Shown here: piece after piece, positions 55,304-64,000 of the stretch
How the letters are laid out: each line of letters starts with the position of its first letter
Numbering within the stretch: the first letter of the stretch is position 1
Source of the DNA: Thermoplasmata archaeon
GTDB lineage: Archaea > Thermoplasmatota > DTKX01 > JAHFTX01
NCBI GenBank assembly: GCA_023265395.1
Contig: JAHFTX010000009.1
Location: forward strand, 12,308 to 76,307
Direction: 5' to 3'
Length of the DNA stretch: 64,000 bases
Position numbers and translations under genes: made by a program
The notes under the pieces: generated by a model
Told to the model about the DNA's origin: nothing
What the model saw: only the letters and a program-made list of their open reading frames with translations
Database searches by the model: none

Positions 55304-58300
55304 TCATTCGTCCGGCCACTGCTCGGGCGGTTCGACGCGCAGCGGCGTGCTCACGAAGCGCAGGTCCAGTTCCTCGGCTGACGCCTCCGAGTCCCAGGAG
55401 GTGTCGATCCCGTGGCTGCTCGCGAGCGGGATTCCCTGCCGACGGTCGAGGGCGACCAGCTCGGCGTAGGTGGCGCTGAGCTCACCGGCGCGATGGAAGG
55501 CGCTGCGCGCCGCCTGGTCGCGACCCAGCGTCTCGAGGAGCTTGCCCTTGCCGTACCACGCGCGCGCGTCGGAGGGGTCCTTGCGCAGCAGGCTCTCGAA
55601 GGCTGCGAGCGCCTCGTCGCCCTTACCGCGCATCTGCGAGAGCAGCTCGGCGCGGGCCAGGGGGACCTCACTGCCGGGGACCTTGGCCTCGATGGCCTCC
55701 AAGAGCAGCGCGGCCGCCTCACCGCGACGCCCCAGCTCCGCGAGGACCTTGGCGGCGCCCAGGTAGGGTCCGGCCGGTCTCTGGTCGAGCTTGATGGCGG
55801 CGCGGAAGCATTCGAGGGCACCCTTGAGGTCCTCGTGGAACAGCAGCAGGTTGGCCCGGTTGAACCAGGTCTGATGGTGGGAAGGGTCCGTCTCGAGCGC
55901 CTTGGCGTAGCTCTGCTCGGCTTCGTCGAGCAGGCTGATCGACTCGAGGGCCACCCCGCGGTTGTTGAGCGCCAGCCAGTTGGTCGGTGCCAGCTGGAGC
56001 GCGCGGTCATAGGCGACGATGGCCTCACGGTACTCCTGGCGTCGCAGCAGCGCGTTGCCCCAGCTGAGCCAGGGGTCGGGGTCGGTCGGCCCGGCCTCGA
56101 TCGCCGCCATGTACGCTTGGGCTGCGTCCTCCGGTCGCTCTGCGGCGGCGAGGATGTTGCCCTTGTTGGTCCAGTAGAGCGGCGAGGGCCGCAGACGGAT
56201 GGCGGTGTCGATGTCGCTGAGCGCACCCGGCAGGTCCTTGAGGCTCGCGCGGGCGCAGGCGCGGTCGTTGTAGAGCGCAGGATCGTCGGGAGCGAGCATC
56301 AGCGCCGCGCCCAGATGCTTGAGCGCCTTGGTGGTCTTGCCCAGCTCATGACAGGCACGCGCACAGTTGTGGTGGATCTGCGAGGTCTCGGCAAGGGCCA
56401 ATCCCTTGGTCGCTGCCGCCAGCGCCTTGCGCGGTTCGTGCAGCTGCAGCCAGCAGTAGGCCTTGGCATTGTAGAGCTCGGCATCGTGGTCGACTTCGAG
56501 GTCGTACATCGCCAGGGCGTCCGCGAATCGACCCTCGGCCACCAACAGGTCGCCGACCTTGTGGTAGGCATCGGGGGTCCGGCGCACCTTTGCCGAGCGC
56601 AGATAGGCCTCCCTGGCCTCGGCGCTGCGTCCGAGCGCCTCGAGGACATGCCCAAGGACGAAGAGGATCTGTTCGTCGTCTGGGCGGAGCGCAAGCTCGC
56701 GCGCCAGGCCCTCCTGCAGTTCCTGCCAGACGCTGGGCTTGGTCTTGCGCAGCTGCTCCTGGTCGGTCAGGGCCAGCAGGGCGGTGTCCTTGCCCGCCAG
56801 GGCGGCGGGATGCTCCGGAGCCACGCCCAGGGCGCGAGCGAAGGCTGTGAGTGCCTCGGCAGGGCGTCCCAGCCGCACCGCGCACTCGCCCAGCCCGACG
56901 AATCCCTCGACGCTCTGGGGGTGGTGGTCGACCACGATCCGGAAGCGCTCCATCGCCCCCGCGTCATCGCCGCGCTCGACCTGCAACCGCGCCAGGTTGA
57001 GCGCGCCCTCCTCGTGGGCGGGGCTGAGGCTGACCACCCGTTCGAAGGCCTCGGCTGCCCGGTCGGTGTCCCCCGCGGCGTGGTAGCCCACGCCCAGCTC
57101 GTTGTAGGCCTCGGGGCTGTTGGGGTTGATACGGAGCAGTTGCTGCAACCGCGTCCGGGCGTCAGCCCATCGGCCTTGGGCGCGCAGCACCTGCGCCACG
57201 CGCAGGAGTGCCTCCTCGTTACCCCTGTCGATCGCCAGGGCCGCTTCGAAGCGGCCGATGGCACCATCGGAATCGCCGCTGATGGAGAGCGCACTGCCTG
57301 CAGCCAGCGCCCCCTCGACGCTATCGGGGACCAGCGCACCGACCTGGTCGAAGGCCTTGGCCGCGTCCTTGGTCGCCCCCAGGGCCAGCAGGGCGTGTCC
57401 GCGCAGATACCACGCCCGTGGCAGGTTCGGTTGCAACGCGACCGCCTTGTCGAGGTCCGCCAGGGCGTCGGCCGGCCTGCCCACCCGCAGCAGCGCCCAG
57501 CCCCGGGTCGTCCACAGCTGCGGGTCGCTCCCGCGCACGTCGAGGATGTGGGAGAGGTCCTCCAGCGCCCCGCTGGGATCCCCCAGCTGCAGCGCCGTCT
57601 GGGCCGCATTGAACCACGTCAGCGGAGTGGCCGCATCGAGCGAATCGACATGGCCGTAGCAGATGCGGGCCTGCGAGAACTCCCGCAGCAGGAACAGCGT
57701 GTTGCCCAGCATCGCCCATGACGGACCCCTGCCGGGCAGCTGCGCTGTGGCCTTGGTGAAGGCCTCGGCAGCCTCCTGGAGGTCCCCGCGCACGTAGAGG
57801 ATGGTCCCCAGGTCATGCCACGCCAGCCCCAGGTAGGGGTTGAGCTCCAGCGCCGTGCGCAGGTGCGCTTCTGCCTCGGGCCCCTTCCCCAGCAGTCGGA
57901 GGGCCCGACCCAGCGCGTAGTGCGCGAGGTAATCGTCCTTGTCGACCGCCAGGGCGCGCTCGAAGGCGGCGACCACCTCTCCCAGGCGCTCGGCGGGGAC
58001 CAGCCCCTCTCGGCCCTCCCAGGCCTTCTCGAGGTCGGGGTCGAGCGTGATCGCCCGTTCGAAGCAGGGGAGCGCTTCGGCCGGGTGCTCCAGCTGCTGG
58101 AGCACCTCGCCGTGGGCGTGCCAGAGCAGCGCGTCCTGCGGGTGGGCATGGACCAGCGCCGAGGAGACCTCCAGCGCCTCGGGCCATTCCCGCAGATGGC
58201 GCAGCAGTCGCAGCCGCGCGCGCAACACCTCCTCGTTGGTGGGGTCGATCGCGGTGGCGCGCTGGAGGCAGCGCAGGGCCTCGTGGTGGTCCCCCACCTG

Positions 58301-59245
58301 CTCGAGCAGCAGCCCGCGGTGCAGCAAGGGTGCCGACCCCGAAGGGTCGAGCCGCAGCAGTCGGTCGACGCAGGCGAGCGCCTCGGCATACCGACCTTGG
58401 GTCTGCCGGACTGCTGCGAGGTTGTTGAGCGTCGGCTGGTCGTCGGGGCGCAGTCGCAGGACCTGCTCGTAGCATTCCCCCTCCCCGGAGAAGTCGCCCG
58501 CCATCCCCAACGCCAGACCCCGGTTGTACCAGGCCTCTGGCCATCGGGTGTCGAGGATGACCGCCTGGTGGAATGCGAGGGCTGCTTCGGCCCCTTGGGT
58601 GCGTGCCAGGCGCACCGATCCGAGCAGGAACCATCCGTCCGCTCGCTTGGGGTGCTCCTGGGTCGCCCGCTCGGCGGCGGTCAGCGCCGCTGCCGGGTTG
58701 CCCGAATCGAGACCCGCGTAGCCGTCCGCGACCAGCTGCTCGAAGGTGCGTGGCTTGCCGACGTCCGTTGGGGGTTGCAGGGTCATCGCGACAGCGGGCT
58801 GGAGGTTGGGGAGCACCGCCATCCCCTCGGCAAGCCGCGCCAGTTCGCTGCCATCGATGACCTGCCACGAGGGTGGCAGCTGCTGCGGGGCCGTGGCGGT
58901 GGTCAGGAGCACCACCAGCTCCTTGGGAGGGTCGCGTACCAGGTCATCGATGACCGGTTGCGGCATCGGCCCCTGCGCGGTGATCGCCAGCACCCGCTCG
59001 GGTAGGCGCGGTGCGTCGACCGTCGCGGTCGCGCTCCTCTGCTGCTCTGCCAGCGATTGTTCGAGGCTGCGTCGCGCGGTCGCGCTCAGCGCACCCAGGG
59101 CGACCCACACCTGGTGGGTCGGGGAGTAGCCCAGGTCGGCGATCTGGATCCCTAGCGCCCGCAGCAGCTCACGGAGCACCGGTTCGAACAGAGACCGGTC
59201 CATCCCTTCGATCGCGCGCAGGGTGCGGCGATCGGGCGCGTCCAT
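55304..59245 (-). CDS. 1313-aa TPR-repeat protein with a distinct ~150-aa N-terminal domain (possibly a degenerate restriction-endonuclease/Mrr-like fold)
   Basis: Tens of 34-residue TPR-like units run almost end to end (e.g. AWYNRGLALGMAGDFSGEGECYEQVLRLRPDD, AWHDLGTILYVRGDLQEAAEAFTKA, AWYLRGHALLALGATKDAAKAFDQV). Start set at ATG 59245 because the longer ORF overlaps the aRF1 3' end. The N-terminus is SLFEPVLRELLRALGIQIADLGY...VLAITAQG...VVLLTTATAP...WQVIDGSELARL. Confidence 0.8.
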   Translation of the reverse strand: MDAPDRRTLRAIEGMDRSLFEPVLRELLRALGIQIADLGYSPTHQVWVALGALSATARRSLEQSLAEQQRSATATVDAPRLPERVLAITAQGPMPQPVIDDLVRDPPKELVVLLTTATAPQQLPPSWQVIDGSELARLAEGMAVLPNLQPAVAMTLQPPTDVGKPRTFEQLVADGYAGLDSGNPAAALTAAERATQEHPKRADGWFLLGSVRLARTQGAEAALAFHQAVILDTRWPEAWYNRGLALGMAGDFSGEGECYEQVLRLRPDDQPTLNNLAAVRQTQGRYAEALACVDRLLRLDPSGSAPLLHRGLLLEQVGDHHEALRCLQRATAIDPTNEEVLRARLRLLRHLREWPEALEVSSALVHAHPQDALLWHAHGEVLQQLEHPAEALPCFERAITLDPDLEKAWEGREGLVPAERLGEVVAAFERALAVDKDDYLAHYALGRALRLLGKGPEAEAHLRTALELNPYLGLAWHDLGTILYVRGDLQEAAEAFTKATAQLPGRGPSWAMLGNTLFLLREFSQARICYGHVDSLDAATPLTWFNAAQTALQLGDPSGALEDLSHILDVRGSDPQLWTTRGWALLRVGRPADALADLDKAVALQPNLPRAWYLRGHALLALGATKDAAKAFDQVGALVPDSVEGALAAGSALSISGDSDGAIGRFEAALAIDRGNEEALLRVAQVLRAQGRWADARTRLQQLLRINPNSPEAYNELGVGYHAAGDTDRAAEAFERVVSLSPAHEEGALNLARLQVERGDDAGAMERFRIVVDHHPQSVEGFVGLGECAVRLGRPAEALTAFARALGVAPEHPAALAGKDTALLALTDQEQLRKTKPSVWQELQEGLARELALRPDDEQILFVLGHVLEALGRSAEAREAYLRSAKVRRTPDAYHKVGDLLVAEGRFADALAMYDLEVDHDAELYNAKAYCWLQLHEPRKALAAATKGLALAETSQIHHNCARACHELGKTTKALKHLGAALMLAPDDPALYNDRACARASLKDLPGALSDIDTAIRLRPSPLYWTNKGNILAAAERPEDAAQAYMAAIEAGPTDPDPWLSWGNALLRRQEYREAIVAYDRALQLAPTNWLALNNRGVALESISLLDEAEQSYAKALETDPSHHQTWFNRANLLLFHEDLKGALECFRAAIKLDQRPAGPYLGAAKVLAELGRRGEAAALLLEAIEAKVPGSEVPLARAELLSQMRGKGDEALAAFESLLRKDPSDARAWYGKGKLLETLGRDQAARSAFHRAGELSATYAELVALDRRQGIPLASSHGIDTSWDSEASAEELDLRFVSTPLRVEPPEQWPDE

Positions 59246-59300
59246 GGAGGGAGTGGGAGCCGCAACCAGCCCCAAGAAGCCTTCGCCACGACGGCGTGCC

Positions 59301-60536
59301 TCAGAGGAGGCCTTGGGGTGAGTACCGCAGGATGGCCCCGACGCCCCCGAAGGCACGCAGCAGCATGCTGCCCTCCTCGCTCTCCCCCGAGATGAGTTCG
59401 ACGCTCGCTCCCGTGGTGTCCGCCAGGGCGCGCAGGTCGTCGACGAGGTCGACGCGCTCGGCGGGCACGTCCTGGACCTTCTTGCACCGTGGGCAGCGCA
59501 GCTCGTCTGCCTCATGGTCGATGGTGAGGTCTGAGACCACCTGGCACCCGCTGCAGGTCAGATGGACCCGGTCCTTGCGCAGCCCCTCGCTGCAGAGGAT
59601 GATCTGGGCTGCACCCAGTTCCAGGGCCTTGCGCACGTGGCCCTCACCATAGGTTCCCATGCTCTGGGAGTGCTTGGCGATCTCCTTGGTGAAGCGGTTC
59701 ATCAGGTCCCGCTCGTCGTTGAGGGCCAGCTGGGTCAGGCGGCTGCGAGCAGCCTCGACGAGCTCCTTGAGCCCCTGTTCGTTGGTGTAGCCGACATCGA
59801 AGGCGTCGACGATCCGCTTGACCAGCTCGTGGTGGATGAAGCCGCCATCCATGAACTCGTTCTTGGTGGCGCCTGGGCCGCCGATGAGGATCCCCTTGAG
59901 GAGCGGCTCGTTGAGGTAGACCTCGGTCATGATCTCCCCGACCTTCTTGAAGAAGTTGTGCGCCGACTCCTCGATGAGCCGCTCGAAGCGGCGTTGGGAC
60001 TGGCCCCCTCGGCCATGCTTGCGGGGCACCAGCGAGGGGATGTTGCGGATCGGGTCGATGCGGCTGCCGCGCAGGTAGCCCAGCGTCGCCTCGCCGCGGT
60101 CGATGACCACCAGGCCGTAGACCTGCTTCTCGGTGAGCATGTCCTTGAGGGGCTCGAGGAAGAAGGTGCTGTCGCAGCGGTAGTAGAAGGTCGGTACCGC
60201 CTCGGGGGGCTCGAGGACGAAGGCGACCATGCGGGTCTTGTCCCCGCCGATGGACTTGTGGCCGACGAAGATGGCCAATCCGTGCGGCGGGGGGCGGTTG
60301 AAGCCGCGCAGCCTCGAGAGGATCGACTCGATGGCTCCCTGGACGTTCTTCATCGTCGACTTGGACTTGATGTTGGAACTCTGCGAGTGCTCGTTGCGCA
60401 GGTAGGCGGTGACGTCACTGATCATCCGTTCCGGCGGGACGTAGACGGTGATCAGCTCGGTCCCGCGGCCGCGGGCGGCGGCGATCTCCTCGAGGGCGCG
60501 CTTGAACTGGTAGCGGGCCAGGGTGTTCTCGTCCAT
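59301..60536 (-). CDS. prf1: Peptide chain release factor aRF1
   Basis: YQFKRALEEIAAARGRGTELITVYVPP, NIKS motif (SSNIKSKS), GGQ motif (HGRGGQSQ), and a C-terminal CxxC...CPRC zinc element. Confidence 0.95.
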   Translation of the reverse strand: MDENTLARYQFKRALEEIAAARGRGTELITVYVPPERMISDVTAYLRNEHSQSSNIKSKSTMKNVQGAIESILSRLRGFNRPPPHGLAIFVGHKSIGGDKTRMVAFVLEPPEAVPTFYYRCDSTFFLEPLKDMLTEKQVYGLVVIDRGEATLGYLRGSRIDPIRNIPSLVPRKHGRGGQSQRRFERLIEESAHNFFKKVGEIMTEVYLNEPLLKGILIGGPGATKNEFMDGGFIHHELVKRIVDAFDVGYTNEQGLKELVEAARSRLTQLALNDERDLMNRFTKEIAKHSQSMGTYGEGHVRKALELGAAQIILCSEGLRKDRVHLTCSGCQVVSDLTIDHEADELRCPRCKKVQDVPAERVDLVDDLRALADTTGASVELISGESEEGSMLLRAFGGVGAILRYSPQGLL

Positions 60537-60825
60537 TCAGTACTCCATGACATCTGGGGCGTCAGCGAGCGGGCGCAGGGCGCACCGCTGCGGGCACGGT
60601 GCCACTCAGGCACTGGCGGGGCGGACGGCCCAGGGGCGACTGCCACAGGAGGCAGACCTGACACAGACCGCGCGTGCCATCAGGTGGGGCAGGGACCACC
60701 CCTTGATAAGCCTTGGGGGAGCCGCACGACGGCCAGAGGTCGTGGGGGCAGGAGCGGCACCATGCTACGTGTTAGCACGGGAAAACGCCTTCCTTCCGGT
60801 CGGGCCCGCTCATCTGTACGGCAAA

Positions 60826-60833
60826 GCTTTATG
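60826..60833 (+). promoter_or_regulatory. TATA-like box GCTTTATG (within the palindromic AAAGCTTT) upstream of the second S8 protease
   Basis: It is the strongest A/T-rich element in the 330-nt spacer (a weaker GCTTATCA-like one lies on the minus strand at 60701-60712). It is centred about 37 nt upstream of in-frame GTG 60867. ATG 60831 lies inside the box, so it is an unlikely start. Confidence 0.45.
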
Positions 60834-60866
60834 CCTCTTGGACGGGCGGCTAGAGGGGGTATCGCT

Positions 60867-63800
60867 GTGGCCGCCGTCCGCGTGCCCACCGGTCTGGTCG
60901 GAGGGGTCGTCCCTGCGGGGAAGGCCCCCTCGTGGCCACGCCGGCGGGTCTCTGTGCTGTGCGTGGTGCTGGCGATCCTGCTCTGCTCCGCGCCGGCCTC
61001 GCTTGGCGCCGCGCTGCAACCCCAGCCGCGCACGCATCCGGCAGGGGAGGATGACCCACTGGGTGCATCGACCACCGGTGGCGGGGATGACCAGGGAGCG
61101 ACGCTCCATCCGACCTGGCCACGCTACCTGTTGAACGGGCCCTTCACCCACCGGATGCTCGCCGACGACCCGGAGGTCTACCTCTTGGCCGACTACGTCG
61201 GCCAGTGGTTGGTGCAGGTGCCTGCCGACGAGGTCGCGACCCTGCAAGGCCGTGGCGGCACCCTCACTCCCCTCGAGGAGGTCGACCATGGTGTCATCGG
61301 GCGGATCCATTGGCAGGGCACCGCTGAGCCTCCGGAGCTCCTCTCCCTCGTCGCCGTCGACGGGGATCCCTACCTGATCATCCACCTGATCGGCCCCGCG
61401 GCCCCCGGCTGGATGGAGCAGGTGCAGGCGAGGGGCGCCAGCCTCACCCACGTGACGTTCGGACCGATGACGATGGTCGTGCGCGCCCCGCAGGCCATCC
61501 AGCCCGACATCATCGCGCTACCGTTCGTCGATTGGACCGCACCCTTCGTCCCGAGCCTCAAGGAGCGCCCCGGCCCCCTCGACCGCGCCTCGGTGATCGG
61601 TTACACCCTGGTGTTCTTCGCCGATGAGCCAGCGGCGTTCTCGTCCGGGCTCTCCCAACTGCAGCCGCGGGGCGCGACCCTCAAGGACATCGAGCGCTCC
61701 ACGGCCTGGTGGCGCGCGGCGCGGGTGCAGATGCCCTCATCGCTTGTGCCCTATGCCCTGAGCCTGCCCGGCCTCCAATGGCTCGAGCCCTTCGGCCCGA
61801 CCCAGGGGAGGATGGACCAAGTGCGCTGGGTCGTGCAGTCCAACATCCCCGGCGACAATGGGACGGTTCTGTGGGCACACGGGCTCCATGGGGAAGGGAT
61901 CGTCGTCGGGGACGCGGACACCGGCATCGACTACGACCACGCGTGCTTCTCCCAGAACGACACCACCGTCGGGACCTTTGGGCCCAGTCACCGCAAGATC
62001 GTCTCCTACAACACCAGCCTCGACGACTACGACGACCAGGGGCACGGGACGGGCACGGCGGGCTTGATGGTCTGTGACCAGCCACCGACCCTAGGGGATT
62101 ACGACCTGCGGGACGGCCTCGCGTTGGGCGCCAAGGTCACCTTCTACGACATCGTCTATCCCAGCGGCGTCTACGACCCGCCGATCATGACCGAGATCCT
62201 CCAGGATGCGCTCGACCATGGCGCACAGACCCACAGCGACTCGTGGGGCGACGACAGCGAGGAGTACACCATTCGGGCCGAGCAGATCGATCAGTTCCAG
62301 CTGGACCACCCGCAGTTCCTGACCTTCATCGCCCCGGGGAACACCTTCGGCTCGCCCGTCCTCGAGCCGGCCACGGGCAAGAACCTCGTCGGGGTCGCTG
62401 CGACCGGCAATGGGGCGACGGATTCGCTCGCCAGCTTCAATGCCCGAGGGCCGACCAAGGAGGGGGTGTTCCAACCAATCATCGCCGCTCCGGGGCAGAA
62501 CGTCTATGGCCCTGCTGGCGACGGCCAGAACTCCACCTTCAACAGCGGCTTCGACCAGAAGTTCGGCACCAGCTTCTCGACGCCGGTGGCCGCCGCAGCC
62601 TCGGCGCTGGTCCAGCAGTACTTCGCCGACGGCTTCTACCCCAGCGGGAGCGCGACCCCCGCCGACGGTTGGGATCCCAGCGGCCCGCTCAAGAAGGCCA
62701 TCCTGGCCACCAGCGGGGTCGACCAGTACCCCGGTCCCAACAGCGACAACCCCATCATCGGCACGCGCCAGGGCTGGGGCAAGATCAACCTCAACACGAC
62801 CCTGACCTTCGGGGGCGCCGAGCGACAGCTCGTCGTCGTCGACGGCTACCGCTCCTCGACGGCCAATGGCCTGAGCCAGGGCGCATCCGTGGACCTGGCC
62901 GTGGTGGCCGATGCCGGCTCACCGCTGGAGGTCAGCCTCGCCTACAACGACCTCCCTGGTGCCGGGCTGATGAACGACCTCGACCTGAGCGTCATCACCC
63001 CCAATGGGACGCTCCTGCTGGGCAACGTCTACTCTGGCGGGCACTCGGTCAGCGGTGGGAACGCCGACCACGCCAACCCCCTCGAGAGCGTCCTGGTCGA
63101 TGCCCCCGAGACGGGAATCTATACCATCCGTGTGGTCGCGACCGCGCTCAACCCGATGACGTCCGCCCAGCCCTACGCCCTGGTGGTCGCAGGGGACCTG
63201 CGTCCGACCAAGACGGGCACCCTCTTCCTCGACCGGCCGGTCTATGGACCCACGAGCCTGGTGACGATCCACCTCGTCGATGGCGATCTGGTCAATGAGA
63301 GCGTCGCTTCGCTGCAGCTGACCTCGGCGACCGAGCCGACGCCGTTGGTGGTGGGCGCTTCGGGCATCGATGGCTCGGCATCCTTCACGGCAGTGGTAGG
63401 GTTGACCGACGTGCCCGCCTCACCCAGCGATGGGATGCTCTCGGTGGTCGACGGCGACCAGATCACGGTCACCTACCTCGACGCTGAGGTCGACGGTGGT
63501 GGCAGTGGGGTCGCCACAGCGAGCGCCCTGATCGACGGCGCACCCCCGAACCTGCTGGGGATCTCCTTCGTCGATATCACCGACCGCACCGTTTCCGTTC
63601 GGCTGCAGAGCGACGAGGCTGCGGTCGGTGAGGTACTCGTGGGTACGGCGCCCCCCTTGCTCCCGCTGGGCAGCTGGCAAGTCCCGACCGTCGCACCGAT
63701 CATCGACCTCTCCAACCTCACCCCCGGGACGACGTACGACGTCGCGATCACCCTCTCCGACGCCTGGGGCAACACCCAGACCGACGACAACGGTACAGCC

Positions 63801-64000
63801 TTCTACCACTTCACCACCTTCTCGCACGTGCTGCGGGCACCGGTGCGCTCGGCCGGTTGGGCGGCCGTCGGCGCCTCGGTCAACCACCTCGATGACGCCT
63901 TCGTCTGGGTCGGTTCCGATGCAACCGCGCGGCGGATCGGCTTGGTGCAGTTCGACCTCTCGGGCCTCGACGACACCTCAGTGGTCCTGGCAGGGGAACT
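60867..64000 (+). CDS. Secreted subtilisin/kexin-like serine protease (peptidase S8), 3'-partial and running off the window; not listed in the ORF track because it has no stop
   Basis: Hand-translated in the frame whose codons start at positions divisible by 3. Signal peptide RRRVSVLCVVLAILLCSAPASLGA. Catalytic motifs VVGDADTGIDYDH (Asp), GHGTGTAG (His) and GTSFSTPVAAAASAL (Ser). A P-domain-like region (LEVSLAYNDLPG...YTIRVVA) and further beta domains follow. I checked that no stop occurs through nt 64000 in the stretches translated (60831-61920 and 63240-64000). Alternative starts are ATG 60831 and ATG 60762. Confidence 0.85.
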   Translation, partial: MAAVRVPTGLVGGVVPAGKAPSWPRRRVSVLCVVLAILLCSAPASLGAALQPQPRTHPAGEDDPLGASTTGGGDDQGATLHPTWPRYLLNGPFTHRMLADDPEVYLLADYVGQWLVQVPADEVATLQGRGGTLTPLEEVDHGVIGRIHWQGTAEPPELLSLVAVDGDPYLIIHLIGPAAPGWMEQVQARGASLTHVTFGPMTMVVRAPQAIQPDIIALPFVDWTAPFVPSLKERPGPLDRASVIGYTLVFFADEPAAFSSGLSQLQPRGATLKDIERSTAWWRAARVQMPSSLVPYALSLPGLQWLEPFGPTQGRMDQVRWVVQSNIPGDNGTVLWAHGLHGEGIVVGDADTGIDYDHACFSQNDTTVGTFGPSHRKIVSYNTSLDDYDDQGHGTGTAGLMVCDQPPTLGDYDLRDGLALGAKVTFYDIVYPSGVYDPPIMTEILQDALDHGAQTHSDSWGDDSEEYTIRAEQIDQFQLDHPQFLTFIAPGNTFGSPVLEPATGKNLVGVAATGNGATDSLASFNARGPTKEGVFQPIIAAPGQNVYGPAGDGQNSTFNSGFDQKFGTSFSTPVAAAASALVQQYFADGFYPSGSATPADGWDPSGPLKKAILATSGVDQYPGPNSDNPIIGTRQGWGKINLNTTLTFGGAERQLVVVDGYRSSTANGLSQGASVDLAVVADAGSPLEVSLAYNDLPGAGLMNDLDLSVITPNGTLLLGNVYSGGHSVSGGNADHANPLESVLVDAPETGIYTIRVVATALNPMTSAQPYALVVAGDLRPTKTGTLFLDRPVYGPTSLVTIHLVDGDLVNESVASLQLTSATEPTPLVVGASGIDGSASFTAVVGLTDVPASPSDGMLSVVDGDQITVTYLDAEVDGGGSGVATASALIDGAPPNLLGISFVDITDRTVSVRLQSDEAAVGEVLVGTAPPLLPLGSWQVPTVAPIIDLSNLTPGTTYDVAITLSDAWGNTQTDDNGTAFYHFTTFSHVLRAPVRSAGWAAVGASVNHLDDAFVWVGSDATARRIGLVQFDLSGLDDTSVVLAGE

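Noticed and set aside
59246-59515. N-terminal extension of the TPR ORF, and analogous extensions 9319..9456 (purP), 10154..10330 (YkgJ-like), 21372..21689 (CBS), 21581..21655 (protease), 34746..34895 (PPC) and 46662..46811 (reductase)
   Set aside because: The extensions overlap neighbouring genes or spacers, have junk composition, and sit upstream of internal ATGs. Those ATGs are preceded by TATA-like boxes or begin recognisable N-terminal signatures or signal peptides.
60537-60866. SRP (7S) RNA or RNase P RNA in the aRF1 upstream spacer
   Set aside because: The minus strand has GACC-GGAA-GGAAGG, reminiscent of the SRP helix-8 tetraloop, and GGCTTATC, reminiscent of RNase P CR-V. However, the conserved AGCA of the SRP symmetric loop and the GAAAGUCC (CR-I) and ACAGAA (CR-V) RNase P motifs are absent. 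The GGAA element would also sit at the extreme 5' end. Kept only as an unexplained-spacer finding.
1-64000. CRISPR arrays, rRNA genes, transposons or IS elements, toxin-antitoxin or known defence-system genes
   Set aside because: I saw no regularly spaced direct repeats, no rRNA-like conserved stretches, and no transposase, integrase or Cas-like translations among the ORFs. The only DNA repeats seen are the short intergenic motifs listed above.

Overview
This is a GC-rich archaeal chromosomal segment (exact GC not computed) with dense coding: 36 protein genes and one intron-containing tRNA-Tyr. I found no rRNA, CRISPR array, transposase or integrase. All calls come from reading the supplied translations and the DNA by eye; no homology search was run.

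Archaeal identity rests on these markers:
- Orc1/Cdc6, aRF1 (NIKS and GGQ motifs) and ThrRS with an archaeal-type N-terminus
- archaeal PheRS beta, AglB/STT3 (WWDYG), CDP-archaeol synthase and geranylgeranyl reductase
- two PurP paralogues, QueE, and a tRNA-Tyr with a C1:G72 pair

The gene content (beta-oxidation genes, two secreted S8 proteases, several giant adhesin-like surface proteins) resembles heterotrophic Thermoplasmatota such as Marine Group II. That placement is inference only.

Most interesting region: 22.3-32.1 kb.
- An integrin-like FG-GAP/cadherin-like type-I membrane protein carries a ~470-aa cytoplasmic module that reads as longin/roadblock-like plus beta-rich.
- It is followed by an NHL-propeller type-I membrane protein whose cytoplasmic tail has a proline-rich linker and a C4HC3 RING/PHD-type cysteine pattern.
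- A small helical ORF is coupled to it by an ATGA overlap.

Other notable items:
- a membrane-tethered double wHTH regulator with a ~900-aa ectodomain
- a 2478-aa AglB fused to ~1450 aa of extracellular beta-sandwich repeats
- a 1313-aa TPR protein between aRF1 and ThrRS
- a repeat-rich spacer upstream of orc1/cdc6
- a 330-bp unexplained non-coding stretch upstream of aRF1

A recurrent CTTTAW-type box 25-31 nt upstream of many start codons suggests mostly leaderless or short-leader transcripts. I used it to choose starts. Many long antisense or off-frame ORFs in the track are GC-driven shadow ORFs and were rejected.
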